DNA of 63,986 nt, the filler included, from an uncultured bacterium (GTDB lineage Bacteria > Hinthialibacterota > Hinthialibacteria > Hinthialibacterales > Hinthialibacteraceae): assembly GCA_964449065.1 (NCBI GenBank). It is 8 parts of 8 records of this genome, joined end to end, with 100 filler letters (N's around TTAATTAATTAA, not from the genome) between each part and the next. Parts side by side here need not be neighbours in the genome. Positions count along the whole stretch, not along the records: positions 48,335 to 56,223 come from CAYVAZ010000246.1; positions 56,324 to 63,986 come from CAYVAZ010000252.1; 6 more parts are not named here. One strand, given 5' to 3'. Position 1 is the first letter of the stretch; each line of letters starts with the position of its first letter. Position numbers and translations under genes: made by a program. This document shows, piece after piece, positions 50,818-60,450 of the stretch. The notes below the pieces were generated by a model. It made no database searches, was not told where the DNA came from, and saw only the letters and a program-made list of their open reading frames with translations.

Positions 50818-53800
50818 TTATTCAATTGCCGACCAATCATTTATATGGGTTGTAGGTGGATCAACATCATCCGGTAAATCCTTCACATCCAAGAAGAAGG
50901 TTTGGGGGACGATGACTTCCGTAATGCCGTCATCAATGACAGCTTCCAGAGATACATAAGTACTAACAGCATCTTCCGGTACTTCCCAATAGAGTTCACC
51001 ATTATCCGTCACATCCATTCCATCCGGAGCATGTACCAAATCCCAACGGATCGTGAACGAATCCGGAAATGCGGCTGTACCTGCATATGAATATCGCGTT
51101 CCCCGAAAAGCTGTGATGGTTGGATTTGTGACAAACCGAAAAGCATTATCACTTGCATCAGGGAATTGAACGTTGGAGGAGAATACCGTGACGGGATATT
51201 CTTGCACATGTATCGTTTGATAAGACGAGTTAATTCGTTGATCAATCAAAACCAAAGTCACATGATGCTCACCCACTTGGTTTTCGGTTGGGGTCCAAAT
51301 AAGTTCACCGCTTTGTTCATCCACAACCATGCCTTCAGGACCTTGCCGCAATTCCCACTTGTATGTTGAACCGAATTGATTGAGTTTTTCCTGTAGGGTT
51401 TCCGGTGTACTGCCCGGCAAAATAAAGTGAGCAAAATCGCCATCATAATGGTATGCGGAATAGAGATAATCCTGCCCGGCGATGGCTTCAGTAACAGGTT
51501 CACTATAAATTACAGCTGGTGTCGCACCGGCACCTTGTGTTGGAACCACACGGGCAACCACTTCGGCAGCGGATTGCAATCCATCTTCTCTACCGGCAAC
51601 TACGGTCACCAATACAGGAACGCCATTTTCTAATCCATTTACGGTGAAAGACGAGGCATTCGGTCCCGTGATTTTACTAAGATCAAAGTCTCCCGGAACA
51701 CGCTTCGTTGTATACATGATGGTGTGATGCGTTACGGTTTCATCGCCGTTAGGTGTCCAATTCACTGTAAATCCATTGCTGATGGGTGTCACGGAAAAGT
51801 CTTTGATTGATTCCGGATGTTCATCGTTTGTTATCAGTATTGGAGCATTGGCATAGTCATGGGCAATGCCGCTTTTGCCATCAAAAATTGTCAAATAGGG
51901 GAAATACCATCCGGGCGCTATTCCATCAACTGATGCGGCAATCATCGTTTCATCATCTTCCACAAAATGCTCAACATCCGTAATCTCAATTCCATCAAGC
52001 CCCTCGCGGTTACGGTCCAGGAACAATCGAACCTCTAAATCGTCTTCATCGGTACCAAACCAAAGGATATCAAATTCATTGGATTCTTCTTCGATTGGAA
52101 AAACAGCGACCAAATCCATGAAAGGCTCTTCATCTTCAACGAGCATTTCAACGGAATATTCACCCAAATTTTCGGGATTGAGTATGGTGATGGTATAGTC
52201 ACCGGCCTCTGGATCGACTAAAAAGAACCCGGCCTCGCGGGTTTCGGTATCAACACCCGAGAAGCCGCTTTCATCATCAAATATTTCTTCATGAATATCG
52301 ATTACACTTTGATCGGCTCTGGTTAGTGTTGCTTGAATATCTGTTACATTCGGATTTTCGTATGTAATACGGAAGATTACGTCCGCGGTTCCTTCAGGAA
52401 TCGTGAATGTTGTAATGGGATCCCCCGCAGGATTAACTTGAAATGGTCGAATCAATCCGCTGCTAGTCGTTTTATCTTCCCGAGTCCAGTTGGTCATGAA
52501 GGACATGGTACCGTGTTCTAAGTCATGGGTTTTCACAAACGGCGTTTCCCATGCCAACCCAGGATATTGCACTTTACTGTCAAATACACTTACACCCGAA
52601 CTTCCACTGAAACCAAAGCCAACAGTCACATCATGGAGATTGAAAATGTTGACAGCTACACTACCGGAAAAATGGTCCGGTCCATGGATCGCGGCATTCG
52701 TAGAGGCAATTCTATAATCTTCTGTTAAGAACCAGAAAACGCTTTTGGGGATAATTAAGTCTCCCTTTAAATTGCCAGTAAATTTTACTTCGCCGTTGTT
52801 AACTCTTACTGCCATATTGACGGTTGGTCTATATAAAATCATATCGATAAATGCATTATTTACACTTAACGTACCTTCACTGGGGCGAAACTTGATATTG
52901 GCAGAGGCAACTTGATAACTGAATACGGAAACACCACTGGTAATATCAATGTTTCCGTTCGACGGTGTAATTTCTCCGTGGGCATCCAGCGATATGGGGA
53001 AAGTCGTGCCGTTTGGCAATGGAATTGAAGGCCCGCCGGTTATTTTTAGACGCCCTTTTAATTTCATGTTGTACAGATCTTGCAAATTTTCCCCTTCTAC
53101 AATCACCGTATGCAACTTGATTTGTTCATGCCCTAATGGTATTCCCAAGTTCTCACCGGAAAGTCTTACAAACGTAGGGATTCCATTTTTCATTTTAAAT
53201 TCACCGCCAACAACTTTGGGTGAGAGGAGTTTTCCTTTTATACCGGCACCGGGGATTCTGAACGAAGCGCCGCCGCCAAACTCTTTGGTTGATGCCCGCA
53301 AATCAACAAACGCTTCTTCAACTGTCATCTTAATCATGTTTGCGTTATTGACACCGATTTTACCGCCATCAATTTCAATCGCGTTCGAGTCGATCAATAA
53401 AAATACACGATCAGCACTATCCCATTTGAAAAATTCATTCGGCGGTTTGATCTCGACATCCAATCCCAATTTTCCATTTCGAAGCGTGAGACCAAACGTG
53501 TCAAACGTTATCCCAAAAACTTTTATGGAACTTGGCGTTCCTGAAATTGTCCCATTGGGGATATCAACAACCACTTCACCGGGGAGAAAAATACTGCCAA
53601 GATCGGGAACTTTGGTAATGATTAAATTATCATAGGTTGTTTTGACGGTGCTGCTTAATAAATCCCCGATGCTGACGATGCCATTTGAAACCTTTCCCGT
53701 GATAGGATCCGGTGTATTGGAAACATTGATGATAGAAGAAGGCACCCGTGTTAAGCCATTTAAGATTTGTCCATGAAACTTATTGACCGATTCATCAAAA

Positions 53801-55659
53801 GCGGTTGGACTGGTTTTGACATCCATCTGATATCTTGCAACCAAACCTTGTTCATTCCTTGAAATAACCGACAACATATTCGAGGCGATTTCTGTTGATG
53901 TACGTACATCATTCCAAATCCGCACGTTATCAATCTCACCGGAAAACATGTTGACCAAACCGTTGCCCGCTCCAGATTGGTTCCCAATCCCCAAGCTGGG
54001 ACCTTGGTTAATCACCCTGTTTGCAGATACAGACGGCTGTCCGGCAAGTTTTCCATCCAAATAAAATTTGACATCAGTACCACCATGCGCAACAGCAACA
54101 TGAACCCATTTATTTCTGGGAACGGTTGTATCGGAAAAAACCCAGTTCACCCCTGCCCCACCGGGATAAAACGCCAACTTATCATCTGCCCAAACAGAGA
54201 AAATGGTTCCCGTGTTTGCATCGCCTTTTGAAATGATGGTGTAGGCATCTTGAGTTGTTGTTGGATTAAATTTAATCCATGCTTCCGCACTGAATTCAAA
54301 CGGTGCATGTTTGGTAATGCCGTTTACAAACACCCAGTCATCCACGCCGTCCAACGACAAGGCATTGCCGGGATTAAAAGGTACACCTGTGGTGGTCCAG
54401 GAGTTATTTTCATTCACAAACAAGCCGGGAGCACCGGCATAAGCGTTCAAAACAGCATTGCCGGCCACTTCATTCATGGGCAAATAGATTGCTAAACCGG
54501 GTTCGTCTGGGGGAAGAGGCCGATCTTTATACCGCAAAATTTCCAGTGCAGTTCTTTTTCCTGCCCACACACGNNNNNNNNNNNNNNNNNNNNNNNNNNN
54601 NNNNNNNNNNNNNNNNNNNNNNNNNNNNNNNNNNNNNNNNNNNNNNNNNNNNNNNNNNNNNNNNNNNNNNNNNGATCCGTTAAGTTTGATCGCGTTCCCT
54701 TGGCTTAAGGGAACATCAACCGGTAGGTTTTTCACAACAAACACATCGGTCTTGCCGTCACCGCCAAAATCACCCAAACGGGTGTCATTTATGCCGTCGC
54801 CAAACCGTAAATCGGTTAATGTTCTGGTAGGATCAATCGCCGCATGTTGCCAGGCACTGGTTCCTCGATATGAGATTAACCAGCGGCCCGTCGCCGGATC
54901 AACTGTGAATACATCCGCAAACATATCTCCATCAAAATCTCCGATCCGTAAATCATGAATGGTTCGGGAGGCATCGCCTGCAAGGGACCGGTACCCTTCC
55001 GTGCCGTTTTCAGATGCCAGCCAAGTACCATCCAGAGCAATGGTAAATACATCGGTTCTGCTGTCTCCAACGATATCGGCAAACATATAGTTGGCAATTA
55101 ACTTGGAAGCATCCCCGGCTAAATCAATCCAATTGCTTGCACCGCCGGATGAATACCACCATTCACCAGCGGAATCCGATGAAAATACATCGGTTCTGCC
55201 GTCATTATCAAAATCACCAAACCGCAATTGATCGATGGTGTACCTTGGATCGGCCGCGAGTTGTTGATAATTGCCATTACCACCACTCGACATCAACCAT
55301 TGCCCGCCAGGCGCAACGGCAAAGACATCGGTTTTTCCGTCTCCGTCAAAATCGCCAAAACGCAAATCCTCTATGGTACGGGTTGAATCACTCGCAGCAA
55401 ATGCTTGATAGGGAGAAGTTCCACCATAAGATAACAGCCATTGACCATTGGGGGCAACTGTAAATACATCGGTAACACCATTCCCATCAAAATCGCCAAA
55501 ACGGATATTTTCAATGGTTCCATACGGCTGCTGCGATAACAGACGGAAATTGCCTGTTGCGCTGTCTGATACATACCACTCCACTTGCTGCCCATAGCTC
55601 TGAAAACTTATGAAAAGCATGAACACAATCCAAATACTTTTTTGGGATAATAGACGCAT
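50818..55659 (-). CDS. Giant secreted protein: six FG-GAP-like repeats, two LamG, beta-rich core, FN3, two He_PIG/Ig repeats
   Basis: GDFDGxGxTDVF x6; WVHVAV, GEIDNVRIW; GPEGM..GELIWTP; 100-N gap at 54574-54673 inside the first LamG. Confidence 0.85.
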   Translation of the reverse strand: MRLLSQKSIWIVFMLFISFQSYGQQVEWYVSDSATGNFRLLSQQPYGTIENIRFGDFDGNGVTDVFTVAPNGQWLLSYGGTSPYQAFAASDSTRTIEDLRFGDFDGDGKTDVFAVAPGGQWLMSSGGNGNYQQLAADPRYTIDQLRFGDFDNDGRTDVFSSDSAGEWWYSSGGASNWIDLAGDASKLIANYMFADIVGDSRTDVFTIALDGTWLASENGTEGYRSLAGDASRTIHDLRIGDFDGDMFADVFTVDPATGRWLISYRGTSAWQHAAIDPTRTLTDLRFGDGINDTRLGDFGGDGKTDVFVVKNLPVDVPLSQGNAIKLNGXXXXXXXXXXXXXXXXXXXXXXXXXXXXXXXXXXRVWAGKRTALEILRYKDRPLPPDEPGLAIYLPMNEVAGNAVLNAYAGAPGLFVNENNSWTTTGVPFNPGNALSLDGVDDWVFVNGITKHAPFEFSAEAWIKFNPTTTQDAYTIISKGDANTGTIFSVWADDKLAFYPGGAGVNWVFSDTTVPRNKWVHVAVAHGGTDVKFYLDGKLAGQPSVSANRVINQGPSLGIGNQSGAGNGLVNMFSGEIDNVRIWNDVRTSTEIASNMLSVISRNEQGLVARYQMDVKTSPTAFDESVNKFHGQILNGLTRVPSSIINVSNTPDPITGKVSNGIVSIGDLLSSTVKTTYDNLIITKVPDLGSIFLPGEVVVDIPNGTISGTPSSIKVFGITFDTFGLTLRNGKLGLDVEIKPPNEFFKWDSADRVFLLIDSNAIEIDGGKIGVNNANMIKMTVEEAFVDLRASTKEFGGGASFRIPGAGIKGKLLSPKVVGGEFKMKNGIPTFVRLSGENLGIPLGHEQIKLHTVIVEGENLQDLYNMKLKGRLKITGGPSIPLPNGTTFPISLDAHGEITPSNGNIDITSGVSVFSYQVASANIKFRPSEGTLSVNNAFIDMILYRPTVNMAVRVNNGEVKFTGNLKGDLIIPKSVFWFLTEDYRIASTNAAIHGPDHFSGSVAVNIFNLHDVTVGFGFSGSSGVSVFDSKVQYPGLAWETPFVKTHDLEHGTMSFMTNWTREDKTTSSGLIRPFQVNPAGDPITTFTIPEGTADVIFRITYENPNVTDIQATLTRADQSVIDIHEEIFDDESGFSGVDTETREAGFFLVDPEAGDYTITILNPENLGEYSVEMLVEDEEPFMDLVAVFPIEEESNEFDILWFGTDEDDLEVRLFLDRNREGLDGIEITDVEHFVEDDETMIAASVDGIAPGWYFPYLTIFDGKSGIAHDYANAPILITNDEHPESIKDFSVTPISNGFTVNWTPNGDETVTHHTIMYTTKRVPGDFDLSKITGPNASSFTVNGLENGVPVLVTVVAGREDGLQSAAEVVARVVPTQGAGATPAVIYSEPVTEAIAGQDYLYSAYHYDGDFAHFILPGSTPETLQEKLNQFGSTYKWELRQGPEGMVVDEQSGELIWTPTENQVGEHHVTLVLIDQRINSSYQTIHVQEYPVTVFSSNVQFPDASDNAFRFVTNPTITAFRGTRYSYAGTAAFPDSFTIRWDLVHAPDGMDVTDNGELYWEVPEDAVSTYVSLEAVIDDGITEVIVPQTFFLDVKDLPDDVDPPTTHINDWSAIE

Positions 55660-55691
55660 TATCGTTTCCCTTCTTAACTGTTTATCTTTCA

Positions 55692-55991
55692 TCACAAAAC
55701 TTTTGTGCTGTTGAAATCCTTCGGTAAATTTTCTTCCCACGGGTAATGCAAACGGTGAACCCGTTTGCCGTCATGAATGTGCCAAACAACCGGTGCCGTG
55801 ATGAATGTTTGATAGTCGAACATGGGTAAATACCGCATGGTTTGCGCTTCGGCAATATCCACATTGCTATCCACGTTTAATGGAATGTAGTCAACCTGGA
55901 TATGAACGGTTTTAGACTCATATTGAATTTCCAAGATTTGGATCTCCCATCGGGAATTGATTTGTAACGCTTTCCGAATAAATGTTTCCAT
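55692..55991 (-). CDS. Small protein resembling the ISL3 transposase N-terminal region, without Zn ligands or DDE domain
   Basis: ALQI..RWEI..VHIQVDY...MRYLPMFDYQTFITAPV...V...YPWE parallels ISL3 LGL..PW...WRHL.FF...Y..A.VPR....V.VPWA; GGA RBS; intact frame. Confidence 0.55.
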   Translation of the reverse strand: METFIRKALQINSRWEIQILEIQYESKTVHIQVDYIPLNVDSNVDIAEAQTMRYLPMFDYQTFITAPVVWHIHDGKRVHRLHYPWEENLPKDFNSTKVL

Positions 55992-56054
55992 TGATGATGT
56001 GTTCGTTCCTTTATTGAATGAAAACAGTGTATACGAAGAAATGTTGATATGTTG

Positions 56055-56100
56055 TACGGAAAACCCCGTAATCTGCTGTACGGATTATTCCGTACAGCAG
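56055..56100. promoter_or_regulatory. Tandem palindromic operator pair
   Basis: TACGG-AAAACC-CCGTA (56055-56070) and TACGG-ATTATT-CCGTA (56079-56094, within a 28-bp palindrome), 24 bp apart. Confidence 0.55.
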
Positions 56101-56111
56101 CACGTATTACC

Positions 56112-56223
56112 AGCTGATGTTACGCAATCCATGATTGACGATTGCTTGAAAAAAGGTTTTTGTTGGGAACCAACTATTCTCAGTCAAACGCAGTGTCTAT
56201 CGTCTTCTCCCTTTGGGAGAAGA
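56112..56223 (+). mobile_element. MITE family A, left half
   Basis: CTGATGTTACGCA...TCTTCTCCCTTTGGGAGAAGA. Confidence 0.88.
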
Positions 56224-56323
56224 NNNNNNNNNNNNNNNNNNNNNNNNNNNNNNNNNNNNNNNNNNNNTTAATTAATTAANNNNNNNNNNNNNNNNNNNNN
56301 NNNNNNNNNNNNNNNNNNNNNNN

Positions 56324-56508
56324 TCCCATTGGGAGAAGATAAGAGATGAGGGCGATGAGAGCGATTGCTCCCTATGACACAGTAGCATAATTAGAGGCTT
56401 ATTTCTCCCGAACCCTCACCCCGGCCCTCTCCCGGTGGGCGAGGGTGATAGATTCAGCGAACGATGAGAAAAACGGGCATATCATATATGTAGTGCGTAA
56501 CGTGAGTT
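56324..56508 (+). mobile_element. MITE family A, right part
   Basis: TCCCATTGGGAGAAGA...CCCTCACCCCGGCCCTCTCCCGGTGGGCGAGGG...TGCGTAACGTGAGTT. Confidence 0.88.
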
Positions 56509-56657
56509 GGTTAAATGATTTTCATCCGATTTGTACCTCTTACACTATTAGAAATTTAATACGCACCCAAAAAACCATAATCCAGTTATCGATGAATTTT
56601 TGAACCCGGTTTTACAGCACCAAAGAAAATCGAATCCCTTATGAATGTTGTAACTGC

Positions 56658-57326
56658 ATGATAATGAAAATTAAAATCTCCCGATATTCCTATTTAATAC
56701 GCTTGGTCTCGTTTCTGTTTTTCAACACAATAGGGATTACCAACAAACTCATACCGCTTCGAACCGATTATCGCAAATGCTTTAAACAAAATCCAAAGCC
56801 CATCATCTTCGCGATCTGGCATAGTCAACTTTTGCTGCCTATTTATTACTTTTGCGGTTATGGTTTTTCTGCCATTATCAGCAACAGTGAAGATGGCGAA
56901 ATTATCACGCAGGCGGTCAAAGCGGTGGGGGTGGATGTCATCCGCGGATCCTCGTCCCGCAACGGCGCGCGTGGATTGTTGGGATTGGTGAGAAAACTGA
57001 AAGAAGGAAAACACGTCGTCATCACACCAGACGGTCCCCGCGGCCCCAATGAAACCGTGCAAATGGGCATCATCGCCTTGGCAAAAATGTCAGGACATGC
57101 CATTCTTCCTACCGCGTTCGACTGCTCCCGAAAACGCAGGCTAAACAGTTGGGATCATTTTATTGTGCCCTACCCATTCGGGAAGATTGTCTATGATACC
57201 GGGGATTTCATCCATGTACCTGAAGATGCCGATGAACAATTGATGGAAGAAAAGCGGGGCGAATTGGAACTTGTATTAAAACGTTTAACGCGCAATGTAA
57301 ATCATTACATGGAAACGCAACCATAA
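56658..57326 (+). CDS. Lysophospholipid acyltransferase family (DUF374) protein
   Basis: IFAIWH, S.SEDGE, RGSSSR, ITPDGPRGP, SWD.F.VP.PF. Confidence 0.88.
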   Translation: MIMKIKISRYSYLIRLVSFLFFNTIGITNKLIPLRTDYRKCFKQNPKPIIFAIWHSQLLLPIYYFCGYGFSAIISNSEDGEIITQAVKAVGVDVIRGSSSRNGARGLLGLVRKLKEGKHVVITPDGPRGPNETVQMGIIALAKMSGHAILPTAFDCSRKRRLNSWDHFIVPYPFGKIVYDTGDFIHVPEDADEQLMEEKRGELELVLKRLTRNVNHYMETQP

Positions 57327-57356
57327 AATCAACTCTTCTCTACCTAAATATAACGG

Positions 57357-57935
57357 CTAATTCGGTACGATCACGCCTCCGTTGGACATGTAGAGGTCTC
57401 CCAGCGATGTCAGGCCGTTGGAGATGCTGAAGAGGATATCGTGTACGTTGTTTTGGGCGCGCGACCATGCCTGTTGGTCTTGTTTATCCGGGCCCAGGCT
57501 GGTGATGGTGTAGTGGGTGTTGGAAGACCGCCATTGTGGGCGGTCTAACGATCCGGGAGGGCCTGCGTATTGGAAGAGAGGCTCTTCTTTTACATGATCC
57601 TGCCTTCCCGTTATCCCCAAAAAGTAGGGATCACGGGGAATGGAACTCATATAGGAAACCGGCGTGGTTAGGCGGACATATGTGAGAATTTCATTACGCT
57701 GGATGGTAACATTGGGCACACGGCCGCTGTCGTAATCGGGCGGATAGGCGTTGTTGTCGAGGCGGTAGGTTTCCATGGCGGTGTGCAGGGCTTTCATATC
57801 CGCTACTGTACGTGAAATTTGCGCCCGGCTTTGCGCGTTTAAAAAGTTCGGAACTGCGATTGCCGCCAGAATGCCAATAATTGCAACGACGATTAGAAGT
57901 TCGATGAGAGTAAAGGCTGATTTTGTTTTCATCAT
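57357..57935 (-). CDS. Type II secretion/type IV pilin-like protein (GspG-like)
   Basis: AFTLIELLIVVAIIGILAAIAVPNF, YRLDNNAYP, LTTPVSY..P.DP, S.GPD, SNGL.S.GD. Confidence 0.9.
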   Translation of the reverse strand: MMKTKSAFTLIELLIVVAIIGILAAIAVPNFLNAQSRAQISRTVADMKALHTAMETYRLDNNAYPPDYDSGRVPNVTIQRNEILTYVRLTTPVSYMSSIPRDPYFLGITGRQDHVKEEPLFQYAGPPGSLDRPQWRSSNTHYTITSLGPDKQDQQAWSRAQNNVHDILFSISNGLTSLGDLYMSNGGVIVPN

Positions 57936-58006
57936 AGCATAGACTCATGTAAAATATTGTTTACAGATCGAGTTTACATTATATATGAAAATCAAATTAT
58001 TTCTTC

Positions 58007-59620
58007 CTATTTTTTATTTTTATTTTTATTTTTCACATGAGTAATCAGCGGCTTCTGCCCTTTTTCTTTAAAGGAAGAAATGATTTCCTCGGCTTTTTCG
58101 AAGGGGACGGTCATGAACGAAAATTTATCCATGATTTGAATATCGCTGATTTGTTTGGATTTGATCGATACGCGATTCATGACCATATCCAGAAGTTTTC
58201 GGGGGTTGATATTGTCTTTTTTCCCTAACGCGACAAACAGCCTTGCTTTGCCTTGTTGATCAAGTTGTACGCCTCGTCCACGCACATCCTGAATTTCACC
58301 ATAAGAGGATGGGTCTAAATCTTCTTCAAAGCAATAGGCCAGCATCGCCGCGACAACATCGGTGGATTCATGGTCCTTCAATAAGCTTTTTGCCCAATTG
58401 TAATAGGACTTATCTAAGTTTTCCTGCATGACTAAAGATAATTCTTCATCAATTTTATTCTTTTTATTCTGAATGATCTCATCAATCATCGGCAGTTTGG
58501 ATTTTTTAATATCCGCTTTGGCCATCCGTTGGATAAACATCAATGTTTTGTACTCGCTCGGAGTGATGAAGGTAATGGCAGTGCCTTCTTTCCCGGCTCT
58601 GCCGGTGCGGCCGATGCGGTGTACATACGAGTTTGGGTCGTTCGGCAATGAGTAGTTTATCACATGGCTCAAGTCGCTGACATCGATTCCCCGTGTGGCG
58701 ACATCCGTTGCCACTAAGATATTGCTCTTTTTCTGTTTGAATTTATTCAAAGTCCGTTCACGCTGGGCTTGGGTAATATCACCGTGAATGGCTTCGGCAT
58801 CATAACCGCGGTCTGTCAGGTGTCTCACAACTTGATCCACATCATTTTTCGTGCGGCAAAACACCATGCCGTAGAAGTTATCTTCGATATCGATAATGCG
58901 GCAAAGGGCTTCGAATTTATCCGAGGCTTTAACTTCAAAGTATATTTGTTCGGTTAAATTGGTGGTTAACCGGTCATTCATTACCGTAAGGAGTTCATAT
59001 CCTTCCATATATTTTCGGGCAAGATCTTTAATACGCTGCGGCATGGTGGCGGAAAAAAGCATGGTGCGTTTGCCCGGATTGGTGTGTTTCATGATTTCTT
59101 CCACATCATCGATAAACCCCATGTTGAGCATTTCATCCGCTTCATCCAAAATCAGATGCTCAATATGCTGAAGTTTCAGTGTCTTGCGGTTGAGATGATC
59201 AATCACCCGGCCGGGAGTGCCTACCACAATATGTACACCTTTTTTCAAGCGGCGCAGTTGTTCATCGATCGATTGGCCGCCGTAGATGGGAACTATTTTG
59301 ATATTTTTCTTTCCTTTGAGGGAATTGATCTCTTCCGATACTTGAATGGCCAATTCGCGGGTAGGTGCAAGTATAAGCGCTTGTACGGAATTGAGGTTTA
59401 TATCGATCAGGTCAATGAGTGGCAAACCGAACGCAGCGGTTTTACCTGTACCCGTTTGCGCCTGCGCGATGACATTGGTGTCGTTTCTAAGCATGACCGG
59501 GATGGTTAATGCTTGAATGGCAGTGGGTTCTTCAAATCCCTTTTGATTGATGGCATCAACAATTTGGGGGGATAATCCGAAATCGCTGAAGGTTACTTTT
59601 TCTTTGGTGTTGCTGGGCAT
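58007..59620 (-). CDS. DEAD-box RNA helicase with DbpA-type RNA-binding C-domain (DeaD/CshA-like)
   Basis: AQTGTGKT, PTRELA, DEAD, SAT, HRIGRTGR. Confidence 0.95.
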   Translation of the reverse strand: MPSNTKEKVTFSDFGLSPQIVDAINQKGFEEPTAIQALTIPVMLRNDTNVIAQAQTGTGKTAAFGLPLIDLIDINLNSVQALILAPTRELAIQVSEEINSLKGKKNIKIVPIYGGQSIDEQLRRLKKGVHIVVGTPGRVIDHLNRKTLKLQHIEHLILDEADEMLNMGFIDDVEEIMKHTNPGKRTMLFSATMPQRIKDLARKYMEGYELLTVMNDRLTTNLTEQIYFEVKASDKFEALCRIIDIEDNFYGMVFCRTKNDVDQVVRHLTDRGYDAEAIHGDITQAQRERTLNKFKQKKSNILVATDVATRGIDVSDLSHVINYSLPNDPNSYVHRIGRTGRAGKEGTAITFITPSEYKTLMFIQRMAKADIKKSKLPMIDEIIQNKKNKIDEELSLVMQENLDKSYYNWAKSLLKDHESTDVVAAMLAYCFEEDLDPSSYGEIQDVRGRGVQLDQQGKARLFVALGKKDNINPRKLLDMVMNRVSIKSKQISDIQIMDKFSFMTVPFEKAEEIISSFKEKGQKPLITHVKNKNKNKK

Positions 59621-60183
59621 AGAGTTTCCGTTTCCTTTTTCTGTCTAAGAGTATTATTTTCCTTACCGGATTTTTGCATGGTGAAACGATGCTTTAGTTA
59701 GAACGAACACAAAAAATACATTCAAATTGATGGAAAAATCCGCCCGGATTGGCAAAGTAACTCTCCCAAAACCAACATCGCTTTACCAACTGCGCTACCA
59801 CAATCCATACAAGTTTAACTCATACTGATATATGATATATACCGTAATGTATTCTGAATGTGTTGCTGATGGTTAATCTGATAGATTTTCTTGCTTTGCA
59901 GGGCAATTCCAACGATAACCTTTTATTTCACAAACCTTTTGTTTCACCTGGACTACTTGAGTGCGGAAATTTCGCTGAAATGATCCCTTTTTCTTAAGAC
60001 TCGGACCAGTTGGTGCATGAACTATTTTTCCACTTTGATAATATCATACCCGACATCATCAATTGGACGAGCCCTGTATGCAAATTCGGACTTCCTTCAA
60101 CAGAGAATCGCGGTCAAGATTGTATCCCAGTACTACGTCAACGATTAAATGATGGCAGATGGATGCATACCCCCGTTAAGGAG

Positions 60184-60341
60184 TCTGTCGTCGTTGCCCC
60201 CCTTGTTAAGGGGGGGTAGGGGGGGATCGAAGCACGCTTCCAACTACGCAAAATCCCCCGGAGCCTACGGCTCCACCCCCTTATGCAAGGGGGTTGTGGC
60301 ACTGCGCTTCGCTTGTGAATGACTGATCCCATTTATTTCAT
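60184..60341. repeat. Repeat family D (reverse complement of 24615-24755)
   Basis: Direct alignment by eye. Confidence 0.85.
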
Positions 60342-60394
60342 GTGGATGGTTAAGTTATCACCCATCATGTCAGCCTTGACGAACTACTAGGACG

Positions 60395-60423
60395 AAAAGA
60401 GGCGGTACAAAAGTACCGCCTCT
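60395..60423 (-). terminator. Rho-independent terminator of the OM barrel gene
   Basis: AGAGGCGGTAC-AAAA-GTACCGCCTCT hairpin with T-run on the minus strand. Confidence 0.75.
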
Positions 60424-60450
60424 CTCTGCATCTTCGATATAGGGTAAAAC

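Noticed and set aside
56112..56508. Apparently complete MITE across the linker
   Set aside because: The overlap has a mismatch (TCCCTTT vs TCCCATT) and the contigs are length-sorted; probably different copies, so no TSD is claimed
59621..60180. Long region upstream of the DEAD-box helicase as a riboswitch or thermometer
   Set aside because: No recognisable RNA motif; would need an Rfam scan
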